Of a stretch of 64,000 nt of DNA, positions 19,129 to 29,294 are shown piece after piece. This DNA comes from an uncultured Actinomycetota bacterium (GTDB lineage: Bacteria; Actinomycetota; Actinomycetes; Mycobacteriales; Mycobacteriaceae), in the NCBI GenBank assembly GCA_963715885.1, contig CAVQSK010000029.1, positions 18,401 through 82,400 of the forward strand, given 5' to 3'. Position 1 is the first letter of the stretch; each line of letters opens with the position of its first letter. The notes below the pieces were generated by a model. That model did not search any database. It was not told the origin of the DNA and saw only the letters and a list, made by a program, of their open reading frames with translations. The position numbers and the translations under genes were made by a program.

Positions 19129-21732
19129 TTAGGTGAGGATGCCGACTTCTCTGGCGCGACGCACGGCGTCACGGCGCTTTGTCACGTCGAGTTTGGTCAG
19201 GATCGCCGAGACGTGGTGGTCCACAGTCTTGACGGAGAGGAACAGCTGCTTGGCCAGTTCGGCGTTGGTCAGGCCGTCCTCCAGGAGCCGCAGGACCTCG
19301 ACCTGGCGCGTCGTCAGACCCGCGGGATTGGCCAGGGTCGTCGCGCGCCGGGGCGCTGGCACCACCTTGGCGCCCTGGGCCCGCAGGTCGGAGCGCACCT
19401 TGGCGGCGACGGCGTCCGCCCCGAGGCGGTCGAGCACATCGAGCGCACGACGGGCGAGCTTCGGGTCGCCGGAGTCGATGAGCGCCAGCGCAGCATCGTA
19501 CGGGCTCGACAATGCGTGGAACGTGTCCGCGGCGGCCGCATGCTTCCCGTCGAGGACCAGCCGGTATGGCTCAGCCACGGTGTCGTAATGATGCCCGGCG
19601 GGCTGAACGGTCGCGCCGATGCGGCGCAGCCACATCGCCAATTCGCCGCGCGCCCATTCGAGGCCGGTGACCGGCGCGCTGTCAAGCAACGAACGGAATT
19701 CGGCCAGGCGGTCGTCGACGACGCCCGTCAACCAGATCCGTTCGACGATCGCCGCAGCAACCGGAAGCATCCTCACCAATTCGCCGAAACGGCATGCGAG
19801 GAGCCAGGCTTCGTCGATCCCGCCGTCGTCTTTTCCAGTACGACGCAACGAAACCAGTCCGCGGATGAGCAGTGGCCAGGTCCGAGCCAACGGCGCACTG
19901 GGATTGTCGAGTACGGTGTCGGCGTCGGTGAGCGCGTCATCCCAATCGCCGACAAGCAGTTTCAGCCGACTTCGCGAACCGAGCTGGACCACGTGGCACA
20001 CGGGCAGGTCGTGCTCGACCATCAGGGGAATGCATATGTCGAGAAGGTCAGTCGCCTCGCCGAGACGTCGTTGCTCGACGTCGAAATAGCTGAGATTGGT
20101 GTAACCGCTGGAATAGATCTCATCGATGTGCCGGGGACCCGCAGCGAGTGTCGAGAGTATCGAGGCCCGCGCCGTCTGCCGGCTGGAGAGCACGGCGCAG
20201 AAGCCCTCGATGAGTCCCACGCGTACGGACAGCGTGACATCCCCGGTGTTGCAGACGATTTCGCGGGCACGCACCAGAAGTTTCGTCGCCGTGTCGAGCT
20301 GGCTGGATTGGACCGCCAGAAACGCCTGCATCGCAAAGGCGTGCCCCAGCTGCGTGAGCACCGCGGGGTCGCGGGTTTCGGCACCGCCCTCGAGCGTTGC
20401 GATTGCCTCCGCGACGTGGTCGTTGGCGGCCTCGCGGTTGCCGTTGTACCACTCATAGACCGCCAGTGAATGGTGGTCGGCGCTGACGGCAATGTCGGCG
20501 CCCATGGCCTGCCGTATGTGCATCGCGCGGCGGCACGCCACGATCGCGTCGTCGAGGCGGTCTGTGAGGTAATACTCGGCCGCGAGCAGTTCGAGCAGTT
20601 CGGCTTCGGTCTCGACGGGTAGCGCATCTCCACGGTCCAGCGCGATCCGGAAGAACTCGGTGGCCTGCGTGTGCGCACCCGCCCTTGCTGCCGCGCGTCC
20701 GGCATCGGCTGCCGCGATGGTGATCAGGTTCCTGTCGCCTGCACCGAGTGCGTGGTGGGTGATGACCGCAGGGTCGGCATGCGCCGAGGCCTGATGGGCG
20801 TCGATGAAGCGACGGTGTAGGGCCGGCTCGGCGCCCGGCGGGATGACGCTCGTGACCGCTCGCCGGCACAGGTCGTGGCGGAAGGCCACGCCGCGCGCGT
20901 CCCGCCTGATGAGCTTGGCCTCGTCGAGGGCGCGCAACGCGGGCAAGGTGACGCCGAGGTCGGTCATCAGGTGATCGGGGATGGATCCCGGCGCGCACGT
21001 GAGCAAATTGAGTAGATCCCACGCGGCGATGTCGAGACCGGCTGTGCGGGCCAGAATGGCGTCGCGCACGGTGGTCGGCAGATCCGCTCCGTGGTGGTCG
21101 AGCATCTCGCACACGAAGAAGGCGTTGCCGCCGGTGACCCGATGCAGCCAGGCCGGGTCGACGTCGCGATCACCCACCAGTGTGGTGATGGCCTCCAGGC
21201 TCAGCGGCGGCACGATCAGGGATTGCGCGTGCGGGGAGCGTGCAACGTCACCGAGCAGCGACCGCAGCGGATGGGTGACACCGACCTCATCGTCGCGGGC
21301 GATGCCTATGGTCAGAAGCTGAGTCTGAGCCGCGCGCCGCAGTAGAAACCGGAACAGGTCGATGGTGCCCTGATCGGCCCACTGCAGGTCGTCGAGAACC
21401 AGGACCGACGGCTGCGTTCTGAGCTCGTTGAACACCGACGCGAAGATGTCGTAGGGCTGATCGCTGTCACGCAACAGCTGCGCAGTGGTGGCCCCGAACT
21501 GGTCGGCGAGGTCGTGCAGCGGTCCCAGCGGTCTCGGCGTGGACAGTGGGTCGCAAGCTCCCCACAGCACCCGCGCGTCGCCGTCCAACCGTCCGACGAA
21601 TGCCTCGACGAACGACGTCTTGCCGCCGCCGGACTCGCCGCACACCATCACCGCGCCGCCGCGTCCGGCGCGAGCCGCGGCTGCCCGGGTCGCGAGCCAT
21701 TCGAGTTCGTGCTCGCGTTCCGTCAGCTTCAC
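19129..21732 (-). CDS. Large ATP-binding LuxR-family (LAL-type) regulator
   Basis: GESGGGKT P-loop, LDDLQWAD, TPR-like middle region, C-terminal LTTRQVEVL...LSVKTVDHHVS. Confidence 0.92.
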   Translation of the reverse strand: MKLTEREHELEWLATRAAAARAGRGGAVMVCGESGGGKTSFVEAFVGRLDGDARVLWGACDPLSTPRPLGPLHDLADQFGATTAQLLRDSDQPYDIFASVFNELRTQPSVLVLDDLQWADQGTIDLFRFLLRRAAQTQLLTIGIARDDEVGVTHPLRSLLGDVARSPHAQSLIVPPLSLEAITTLVGDRDVDPAWLHRVTGGNAFFVCEMLDHHGADLPTTVRDAILARTAGLDIAAWDLLNLLTCAPGSIPDHLMTDLGVTLPALRALDEAKLIRRDARGVAFRHDLCRRAVTSVIPPGAEPALHRRFIDAHQASAHADPAVITHHALGAGDRNLITIAAADAGRAAARAGAHTQATEFFRIALDRGDALPVETEAELLELLAAEYYLTDRLDDAIVACRRAMHIRQAMGADIAVSADHHSLAVYEWYNGNREAANDHVAEAIATLEGGAETRDPAVLTQLGHAFAMQAFLAVQSSQLDTATKLLVRAREIVCNTGDVTLSVRVGLIEGFCAVLSSRQTARASILSTLAAGPRHIDEIYSSGYTNLSYFDVEQRRLGEATDLLDICIPLMVEHDLPVCHVVQLGSRSRLKLLVGDWDDALTDADTVLDNPSAPLARTWPLLIRGLVSLRRTGKDDGGIDEAWLLACRFGELVRMLPVAAAIVERIWLTGVVDDRLAEFRSLLDSAPVTGLEWARGELAMWLRRIGATVQPAGHHYDTVAEPYRLVLDGKHAAAADTFHALSSPYDAALALIDSGDPKLARRALDVLDRLGADAVAAKVRSDLRAQGAKVVPAPRRATTLANPAGLTTRQVEVLRLLEDGLTNAELAKQLFLSVKTVDHHVSAILTKLDVTKRRDAVRRAREVGILT

Positions 21733-21821
21733 GGTGGGGATAGTACCGGTTACCGAAGTGGTCTGACCAGCGAAAACGTCGGGATGATCCGCGGGTCGGG
21801 TGCGGGATGCCCGCGCCGAAA

Positions 21822-21840
21822 TAGGGATGTTTTCCCGATG
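21822..21840 (+). promoter_or_regulatory. Candidate LuxR box upstream of DUF4242
   Basis: TAGGGATGTTTTCCCGATG. Confidence 0.6.
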
Positions 21841-21932
21841 ACCGTCCGCCCTCAATGACCGAACGTGATTGGCGTCCTTCCGATCCGGACGGCCAGTGAT
21901 TCAAGACAACTCAGTCAAGACAGGAGAATGAA

Positions 21933-22244
21933 ATGCAACGCTTCATCATCGAACGGGACATTCCCGGCGCGAGCGATCTCACCGAGGATCAGCTGGCGGA
22001 TATCGCCACCAAATCGAACGCGACGATTGAGTCTCTCGGCGTGCCGTACCGCTGGGTGACCAGCTACGTCGCCGGCGACAAGATCTACTGCATCCACGAA
22101 GCCGACGAGGAATCCACGATCCGCGAGCACTCTCGCCGAGGCGGATTCCCCGCGAACGTCGTCGCGACCGTCGCGGGAGAGTTCGGACCCCACTCCGCCG
22201 AGTTGGCCACCGGGGCTCACCGGAACGGGGGCAGCGAAAAGTGA
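21933..22244 (+). CDS. DUF4242 domain protein
   Basis: FIIERDIPG, RWVTSYV, KIYCIHEA, REHSRRGGFPAN. Confidence 0.85.
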   Translation: MQRFIIERDIPGASDLTEDQLADIATKSNATIESLGVPYRWVTSYVAGDKIYCIHEADEESTIREHSRRGGFPANVVATVAGEFGPHSAELATGAHRNGGSEK

Positions 22245-22647
22245 ACGCACGCAACAAGGTCGCCGCCGTACTGAGCGGTGCTGACCGGATTGCCTCGTCA
22301 ACCCAGTTGTGAATCAAGCCATTTCATCGGAAAGGAAACCCTCATACCCGTTGATCGCCGGCTGGGCACCCGCGATGGTGCTCGGCTGGCGCCGGCCCGG
22401 CCCGGTGCTCGAAGGCTGAGGCGACGGTGGTGGTTGCCGGCTCTGACAATTGTCTCCACCGACCGAGGCCGAACCCACCACCGCGAGGATTGCGACGAAG
22501 GTCTGAGGGGCAGGCACCCTGACCGGGGCACGCTTGGCCCATTGCCACCTCGAGCGACGCGGTTGACTCGATTGCATCCACGGCGTATGCACGCGTGGGC
22601 GTTACGCTGTTTGCTGATTCAATTGCGTCGGCCCTGCGGAGGCACCT

Positions 22648-23331
22648 GTGTCTCAACGTCGCTCACCACGGGAGTTGTTGCGCAATAACGGGTTGCTGAT
22701 CGCCTGCCTGGGACTGTTCGCGGTGTTCTTCGTCGGCATGGTCGTGTCCGGGGCGGCGACGTACAACCAGGAACAGCAGGAGCACGGCTCACAGGAGCAG
22801 GTCTCGGTTTTGAAGTACCTGACCACCGGTGACTTCGTGGAAGCGACATTTGAGAACTGGGAATCCGAGTTTCTCCAGATGGGCATGTATGTCGTGTTGA
22901 CTGCGTTCCTGTATCAGAAGGGCTCGTCTGAGTCGAAGCCGATGAATGAGCCGGCGCCCCAGGACCAGGACCCACGAAAAGTGAGCACGAATCCGGGGAC
23001 GCCGTGGCCGGTCCGTAAAGGGGGTTGGGTGCTCGCGCTGTATGAGCACTCCTTGTCGATCGCGTTTTTCGCGCTGTTCTTCGCGTCGATGGCACTGCAC
23101 GCTATCGGTGGGGTCAAAGCGTTCAACGACGAGCAGCTTCAACACGGCGGGGCCGCGATCTCGGTGTGGCGCTACGTGACCACGTCGCAGTTCTGGTTTG
23201 AGTCGATGCAGAACTGGCAGAGCGAATTCATCGCTGTCGCAGCGATAGTGGGATTTTCGATCTTCCTGCGGCAGCGCGGCTCTGCGGAATCAAAGCCGGT
23301 TGCCGAGCCGCACCGGCATACCGGTGCCTAA
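22648..23331 (+). CDS. DUF6766-like membrane protein
   Basis: Internal repeat FENWESEFLQ / MQNWQSEFIA, ending RGSAESKPV. Confidence 0.8.
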   Translation: MSQRRSPRELLRNNGLLIACLGLFAVFFVGMVVSGAATYNQEQQEHGSQEQVSVLKYLTTGDFVEATFENWESEFLQMGMYVVLTAFLYQKGSSESKPMNEPAPQDQDPRKVSTNPGTPWPVRKGGWVLALYEHSLSIAFFALFFASMALHAIGGVKAFNDEQLQHGGAAISVWRYVTTSQFWFESMQNWQSEFIAVAAIVGFSIFLRQRGSAESKPVAEPHRHTGA

Positions 23332-23332
23332 C

Positions 23333-24040
23333 TCACTTCTCTCTCGCGGCTTGGGCTCTGATCCTTTGATGGGCGGTCAGTAGTAACCGGTCGAACTCCG
23401 GGCGTGACGGCAGAGAAGCCTCGCCCTGGTTGAGCGTACGGATATCGGCCAGCAGTTGTTCGGCCAAGGCGCGCAGCTTCACGTTGGATTCTTGGGAGCG
23501 CCATCGCAAGAGATCGAAGGCTGCCTCGGCGTCGATGCGATAGACGTACATCAACACGCCTTTGGCCTGATCGATAGCAGCCCGGCTATGAGAGATCTCA
23601 GCGACTGCCTCGGAAATGCTGGACTCACGGGCGTCGGCTGTGGGCGTGACGTCGATGTAGAAGCCTTGCGTACCGATGACTTTGCCGCTGTTGTCGTGGA
23701 GGCGTTCACCGATGACCACGACGTCGCGGATGGCGCCTTGGGTGGTGATGATGCGGTGGCGGGTGCTGAACGGCTTGTGAGTTTGACGGATGTCGTCGAG
23801 CGTCGCCGCGACGTGTTCGAAGTCGTCAGGGTGTTTGTGAGAGAGCACCAGCTCAGTGGTCGGGGTGACGGTTCCGGGTTGATATCCGTGGATCAGCTGC
23901 ACTTCGGCTGACCACTCCCACCGTTCGTCGGCGAAGTAGAAGCGATACCAGCCGATATGTTGCAGAGCGCCGCCGGTGAGGGCCTTCTGCAGCGATGAGC
24001 TGTCCTCCGGGTCGGAGTTCACGTAAGGAAAATAGTCCAT
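23333..24040 (-). CDS. PAS + ANTAR domain protein
   Basis: WEWS..HGY...LSHKHPDD (PAS_3); SRAAIDQAKGVLM..AFDLLRWRSQ..NVKLR (ANTAR). Confidence 0.9.
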   Translation of the reverse strand: MDYFPYVNSDPEDSSSLQKALTGGALQHIGWYRFYFADERWEWSAEVQLIHGYQPGTVTPTTELVLSHKHPDDFEHVAATLDDIRQTHKPFSTRHRIITTQGAIRDVVVIGERLHDNSGKVIGTQGFYIDVTPTADARESSISEAVAEISHSRAAIDQAKGVLMYVYRIDAEAAFDLLRWRSQESNVKLRALAEQLLADIRTLNQGEASLPSRPEFDRLLLTAHQRIRAQAAREK

Positions 24041-24220
24041 GCGCGTGCCGACGGAGGCAGCATCGACGTGGCAATCTCGGCTGGTCGAGCGGCAGCGCCC
24101 AGGGCTGCGCTGCTTCTCAACGTCAGGGTTGCACCCCGGGCCCGCCTAGCGGAGCCTTCAAGCGCAACCAAAGTCGACGCCCGCTGCCATGGTGGTGCCC
24201 GGTGGTTAGCGTTCGCAAAC

Positions 24221-25012
24221 CTAAATACGAGCGAGCAGCTCGGGTGTCTGAGCTTGTTTCCGCAGCGTAGCCAGGGATCGGGACAGCAGGCGCGACACGT
24301 GCATCTGGGATATCCCGAGGCGTTCGGCGATCTGGGTCTGGGTCATGTTCGCGAAGAACCGAAGCTGGAGCACGGTTTGCTCGCGTCGGGGCAACGCCGC
24401 CAAGAGTGGGCGCACCGTTTCGGCGTCGAGCACCTTATCCAGGTTGGCGTCAAGGTCGCCGAAGCTTCGGGCGACCGACCGGCCGTCGTAACCATCTGCG
24501 GGCGCCGGCACATCTGACGACAGGGTGGAGTATGCGCTGGCCGCAATGGTGGCCTGCAGCACCTCTTCGCGCTCGATACCTAGATGGGTTGCGATCTCGC
24601 CGGCGGTGGGAGCGCGCCCCAGCTGTTGAGACAACTCATCGCGTGCCCTTTTGAGCTGGAAGTTGAGGTCTTTGAGTCGGCGCGGAACTTTGACCGACCA
24701 CCCGTGGTCGCGGAAGTACCGGCGCACCTCACCCATCATGGTCGGCACCGCGAATGCCAGGAAATCGGCACCACTTTCGACATCGAAGCGGTTCACCGCG
24801 TTCATCAACCCGACGCGCGCGACTTGGACGAGGTCTTCAAGTGGTTCTCCGCGATTTCGGTATCGCCGTGCGATGTGGTCGGCCAGCGGTAGGCAGCGTT
24901 CGATTATCGAATTTCGTTGACGCTCAAAGGGAATTGATTCCTTTTCGAGCGTACTGAGATGGCGAAGCATCTCGGTCACTTCCCCGTAGTCGGTGTGCGT
25001 AGTAGACGTCAT
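24221..25012 (-). CDS. SigB/SigF/SigG-family sigma factor (SigF paralogue)
   Basis: LPLADHIARRY..RGEP.EDL.Q, AVPTMMGEVRRYFRD, ISQMHVSRLL. Confidence 0.92.
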   Translation of the reverse strand: MTSTTHTDYGEVTEMLRHLSTLEKESIPFERQRNSIIERCLPLADHIARRYRNRGEPLEDLVQVARVGLMNAVNRFDVESGADFLAFAVPTMMGEVRRYFRDHGWSVKVPRRLKDLNFQLKRARDELSQQLGRAPTAGEIATHLGIEREEVLQATIAASAYSTLSSDVPAPADGYDGRSVARSFGDLDANLDKVLDAETVRPLLAALPRREQTVLQLRFFANMTQTQIAERLGISQMHVSRLLSRSLATLRKQAQTPELLARI

Positions 25013-25109
25013 TTTCAGGCGGTCCTGTCGGTTGCGGAGTACTCAAGAAAGGCAGGTCGAACCGCCAAAAAGTGCGAATCGCGCAAGTGGCGGGCCGACG
25101 GTTTGTGCG

Positions 25110-25279
25110 CTAGTTCAGCGCGTCTTTCATCTTGTGGACCGCGTCCGTGGCACCCGACATAGCTCATCCAGCTTGCCGTCGTTTTCGACGCCCTTGTCCC
25201 TTATCCGCTCGCCCAGACTCTCTTTGACCTTGCCGCCAAACTCGTCAATGTTGCTGCAGGCATTCTTCTCGGCAGCCAT
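25110..25279 (-). pseudogene. CsbD-family stress protein, frameshifted
   Basis: IDEFGGKVKESLG...ENDGKLD; typical tail AVHKMKDALN* lies in another frame. GTTT-N16-AGGTAT promoter at 25338-25363. Confidence 0.6.
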
Positions 25280-25399
25280 GACTAACCCCTTTGATCGGAT
25301 GGATTGCCAAGGCTCGAGCCTGAACCTTGCGAGCGGTATACCTCGGCAAGGGCGATTTGAAACCCCGCCACGACCAGCGAGGAGCATAGGCGGGCGTAA

Positions 25400-25555
25400 C
25401 TACGTCTCGTCGGCGACCTGAGTTCGACTCTGATGCCGACCCGGCGCTTCCGGATCATCGTCCTGGTGATCCAGTTTGTCCTTGAGTTCCCGTTGCTCCT
25501 CGGTCGCTTTGGTGGCGTCCTTCGGCGTGGGTGGAGGGTTGCTGATCTGCTCCAT
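25400..25555 (-). CDS. Small charged hypothetical protein (51 aa)
   Basis: MEQISNPPPTPKDATKATEEQRELKDKLDHQDDDPEAPGRHQSRTQVADET; GGAGG RBS and GTTT-N15-GGGACA upstream (25603-25627). Confidence 0.6.
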   Translation of the reverse strand: MEQISNPPPTPKDATKATEEQRELKDKLDHQDDDPEAPGRHQSRTQVADET

Positions 25556-25898
25556 GCCAAACCTCCGAGTGCGGGAAGCGCCAGGGGTACTGCGCGTCGG
25601 GTTGTCCCGATTGCCGCGCGGCTAAACCCCGGGCCGTCGCCGCAGGGTTCGGCGAAGATATGGGATCGGTAGCAGGCGATCAGTCGATCCAGATTGTGAA
25701 CATCTGTCTCTGCAGGGGCGAGCGGCCGGCGGCTGGTCAAACCTGCCAGCTGATACCGATATTCCGTGGCTCAGGCTGTCACTACCAATACCAGGATAAG
25801 TAGGGCGGTCCTCGCTGATCCCCAAGAAGGAATTCGCAATGCGCGCGGTGCGCTCATGGTGGTCGTAAGTATCAGCTCACACGAGCAAGGAGGACGCA

Positions 25899-26363
25899 AT
25901 GTCCACGATCCACTTCCACAAAACGACCACCTCGACTCCGGAACAGTTCATCGCTGGGCTTACCGACTTCGGACCGGGCCGCTCGAAGCTCTTTACAAAG
26001 AGTGCCGATGCATATCTCAAGGTGCACCACCAGGGCCCCCATGAGGCCGACGTCACCGAGGGCTCGGGCGGCGTCTGGGAACGCCTGCATTACGACTGGT
26101 CCGATCCCGATCACGTCAAGCTCACGACCACCGACTCCAACATTTGGGGCGGCGCCTCGGGTTACACCTACACGTTCGGGCGGCAGCCCGACGGGACGAC
26201 CGACGTAGACGTCGTCGTGGTTCGCGAGGGCAAGAACCTCAAGGGACGGGTGCTCGGGGGAGTGCTCGGAACCATCGGCAAGCGCGTATTGCGAAAGGCG
26301 TTCGCACACAGCGTCAAGGCCATCGAAGCCCGCAGCAACGCAAGCGTCGCGGACCTCTCGTAG
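25899..26363 (+). CDS. Hypothetical protein, probable SRPBCC/START-like fold
   Basis: Good AGGAGG RBS; LTDFGPGRS, DVTEG, WERLHYDWS, SNIWG. Confidence 0.7.
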   Translation: MSTIHFHKTTTSTPEQFIAGLTDFGPGRSKLFTKSADAYLKVHHQGPHEADVTEGSGGVWERLHYDWSDPDHVKLTTTDSNIWGGASGYTYTFGRQPDGTTDVDVVVVREGKNLKGRVLGGVLGTIGKRVLRKAFAHSVKAIEARSNASVADLS

Positions 26364-26493
26364 AGCGCTTAAGGCGTCCACCAAGACGGCGTCGGCCGCC
26401 GCCTTGCCGGCGCTTCGCATCGACCGTGGGGGATAGGGCGCGGATTCGGCCGGAATTCATCCATAGGGCCCACGGTCGGCGGCAGACGCAGTG

Positions 26494-27438
26494 TTATGCC
26501 GAGGCTGCCAGGGCCTTCTCGTCCTCGTCGGCGAACGCGTCCTCCAGCTGCAGCGGCGAGTAGTCGACGTCGATGTCCCCAACCGGCCGGCCGCGGGCGC
26601 TACTGATGGTGCCGAGTCGTCGCATGCCCTTGTCGGTCGCGTACTGCATGAACTCGTCCATCGTCAGGTCGAAGGGGATGTTGTCGGCTTCGTAGAGGGC
26701 GAAGCCCTCTTCGGTGTTGCGTAATGCCAACGGAATGAGCTCGTTCATACGTGTTTCGAATACTGCCCAGTTGGCATCGTCGGCGGCGACGTGGCGACGG
26801 CAGGTGAATGTGCCCCACGCCATGTGGCGTCGCTCGTCGTCACCGATGCGCCGCACCAGCTCCTGCATGCCGGGAAGAATGCCACGGTCGACGCAGATCT
26901 TGTGCCACGCATAGTATCCCGTCAAGGCCATCATTCCTTCGATGACGTGGTTATAGGTCGCCGACGCCCGAACCTGGGCGGCCGGCGAGGGATCACTCGA
27001 AAGCGCGTCCAGTGATTCTGGCAGCTCCTCGTAGAACATCTTCCGGTAGGACGGAAGGTCGTCGAGGTAGCCGTGCAGGTCGTCGGTAATTCCGACGGCG
27101 TCGAGCCACAGGCGGAATACCTGGGTGTGTTTGGCCTCTTCGAATGCGAACTGCGTCAGATACATTTCGTCGCCGAGCCGCCCTTCGGCCCGCATCGCGG
27201 CCATGAACGGCTGGATGTCCTCGGTGACCGCTTCTTCGCCGGCGATGAATTCGGCACACAGCCGAGTGGCCCAGTCCCGTTCGTCCTCCGACAGCGACTC
27301 CCAGTCCACCCGGTCGCGGGAGAAGTCGATGTCGGCCGGATCCCAGAACTTCGCGTTGCCCCCGGCGAATAGCTTCAACGGCAGGCTGTTCCAGTTGAGG
27401 CCGCCCGCGCCGATCGAGTGTGAACGTGTCCGTGTCAT
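26494..27438 (-). CDS. R2-like ligand-binding oxidase (R2lox, Rv0233-like)
   Basis: [38 protein letters not shown]. Confidence 0.92.
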   Translation of the reverse strand: MTRTRSHSIGAGGLNWNSLPLKLFAGGNAKFWDPADIDFSRDRVDWESLSEDERDWATRLCAEFIAGEEAVTEDIQPFMAAMRAEGRLGDEMYLTQFAFEEAKHTQVFRLWLDAVGITDDLHGYLDDLPSYRKMFYEELPESLDALSSDPSPAAQVRASATYNHVIEGMMALTGYYAWHKICVDRGILPGMQELVRRIGDDERRHMAWGTFTCRRHVAADDANWAVFETRMNELIPLALRNTEEGFALYEADNIPFDLTMDEFMQYATDKGMRRLGTISSARGRPVGDIDVDYSPLQLEDAFADEDEKALAASA

Positions 27439-27456
27439 GGGTTTGGCCTCCTCAGG

Positions 27457-28158
27457 TCATGGGTGTTGGGGCAGTGGCCGTTTCGCCGTCGGGCCGGCGG
27501 TGCGGGGCTGTGGGGCTGCCGAAGAGAAAGCGGCTGCCAGGACTGCGACGAGCCTGCGCACGGCCAGTGCCGGCTGCTCCGGCGTTGGCTCGTCAAGTCC
27601 CAGGATCGGATCCATACCGCGCACGTACGGCGCCAGCGCCAGATGCGGAAAGATCATCAACAGCAGCGATAACAACGCGTCGGTATCGCTGTCCGCGCGC
27701 AGGTCGCCACGTGCGTGCGCGTCGCGCACGAGCGGCCTCAGAACCTCCAAGTAGTGGCGGTGAATGACGGTCCGCACGCTGATGCGGGCGTCGGTGTCGA
27801 CCTCCAAACTCGCCGCGGCATGAAGCGAACGTTCCCGCGGATGATCGGCGAAATACGCGACCCAGCTGTCGAGAAGGTCCGTCAGAAATTCGAAGAACGG
27901 TCTGTTCGGGTCGAGCTCGCGGATGCGGGTCTCCATGTAGGAACGCACGCGCTGGCTACCGACGTCGGCGATGAACGCGTAGAGGTCGCGCTTGTCCGCG
28001 AAGTATTGGAACAGGCTTCCCTTCGCTACTCCTGCGCGCCGAGCGATGACGTTCAGGCTGCCTCGTGAGAAGCCGTGCGCGCCGAACTCGGCCTCTGCGG
28101 CTTCTACGACGGCTGCGCGACGAATCGGATCGACGCGGGCCCATGTCACCGTTGGCAT
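27457..28158 (-). CDS. TetR-family regulator (Rv0232-like)
   Basis: AEAEFGAHGF..SLNVIARRAGVAKGSLFQYF. Confidence 0.92.
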   Translation of the reverse strand: MPTVTWARVDPIRRAAVVEAAEAEFGAHGFSRGSLNVIARRAGVAKGSLFQYFADKRDLYAFIADVGSQRVRSYMETRIRELDPNRPFFEFLTDLLDSWVAYFADHPRERSLHAAASLEVDTDARISVRTVIHRHYLEVLRPLVRDAHARGDLRADSDTDALLSLLLMIFPHLALAPYVRGMDPILGLDEPTPEQPALAVRRLVAVLAAAFSSAAPQPRTAGPTAKRPLPQHP

Positions 28159-28176
28159 CGGGTGCTCCTAGGGTCG

Positions 28177-28191
28177 ATGACCACTGGTCAT
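28177..28191. promoter_or_regulatory. TetR operator candidate
   Basis: ATGACCA-C-TGGTCAT palindrome overlapping a minus-strand TAGTAT -10 box, 19 bp above the tetR start. Confidence 0.7.
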
Positions 28192-28374
28192 ACTACTGTG
28201 AGCCACGTCATGGTCAAGGCCCGATATGTAAGGCAAGGCGGTGATGGATTGCTCAAGAGTCGGGCGCGACGCTGATGTCGAGGCCGACCAGCATCCGCGG
28301 TCGCCAGACCAAGTGTCGCCGGTCGCGAATGAGCCCCGCACGTCGCGCTGGTGCGCCGGAGCGCGTGCGAACTC

Positions 28375-29178
28375 TCAGCTATCTCGCGCTGCCACCGCGG
28401 CGAGATCGGCTGCGAGGCTGACGAGCTCAGGTTGGATGCCCGGGACGGCCGCCATGGCTCCGGTCGACTCCAAGTTGAGCGGGGCGCCCGCGTAGTCGGT
28501 GCATATCGCTCCCGCCGCGCGAGCGATCGCATGCCCGGCGACGACGTCATACGGGTTGTTATGGGCAAGCACCATGCCCTGGATCTGGCCGCTGACAAGC
28601 CAGGCCCAGAGCACCGACGCTGCGCCGACGCAGCGAAAGCGCAGCGCCCGTCGGTGCACGCTCATCGTCAGTTCGAGATACGCGTCCAGCCGGGGGCCGC
28701 CCCGGTGGAACGCGTCGCCCATCCCGATGATTGCGTCCTCGAACGAGCCAACGTCGGCCAGCGCACCGGAGTCGACTCGAACGCCGAGGAACGGCAGGTC
28801 GATCACGCCCACTGTCGGCACGCCCTCCTCGAGCAGGCCGAGCATCACTCCGCACAGCGGTGACCCGGTCGCGTAGTTGATAGTCCCGTCGAGCGGATCC
28901 GCGACCCAGACCTTGCCCGAGTCGAGGGCGGCCCCGCCGCCCTCTTCGCCGTAAAAGCCGATATCCGGAGTGGATGTCGCGAGCGAGCGCTGCAGCGCCG
29001 ACTCACTGGCCAGGTCGACGTCGGTAAGGAAGTCCTTGGCCGCCTTGTCGATCCGCTCGTGCGGCCGATCACGCCTGTCCCGCAGGATCGCGACCGCTTC
29101 GTCCACCGCGGCGTGCGCTGCCGCCAGCTCTTCCCTCACGCGGGCATCGTAGTTCCGCACTCGTCGTCCCAGCACCAC
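28375..29178 (-). CDS. Inositol monophosphatase family protein
   Basis: DFLTDVD, GEEGG, WVADPLDGTINY, PYDVVAG. Confidence 0.88.
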   Translation of the reverse strand: MVLGRRVRNYDARVREELAAAHAAVDEAVAILRDRRDRPHERIDKAAKDFLTDVDLASESALQRSLATSTPDIGFYGEEGGGAALDSGKVWVADPLDGTINYATGSPLCGVMLGLLEEGVPTVGVIDLPFLGVRVDSGALADVGSFEDAIIGMGDAFHRGGPRLDAYLELTMSVHRRALRFRCVGAASVLWAWLVSGQIQGMVLAHNNPYDVVAGHAIARAAGAICTDYAGAPLNLESTGAMAAVPGIQPELVSLAADLAAVAARDS

Positions 29179-29223
29179 CTGACGCTCGGCTCTTGGCTAT
29201 TCCGGCGGTCCCCTAGATCACTC

Positions 29224-29281
29224 TTGACAGCAGATGTGCGCTAGGTCACACTATCAGACGTCAGACGTCAGACGTCAGACG
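29224..29281 (+). promoter_or_regulatory. SigA-like promoter plus 4x TCAGACG direct repeat
   Basis: TTGACA at 29224, 17 bp, CACACT at 29247; (TCAGACG)4 at 29254-29281. Confidence 0.65.
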
Positions 29282-29294
29282 AAAGGGTGAAGCT

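Noticed and set aside
26494-28191. R2lox-TetR as a novel system
   Set aside because: Same arrangement as the known Rv0232-Rv0233 pair; it is not a ribonucleotide reductase
29254-29281. CRISPR or other repeat-spacer array
   Set aside because: 7-bp units with no spacers and no cas genes; no array was seen anywhere in the window
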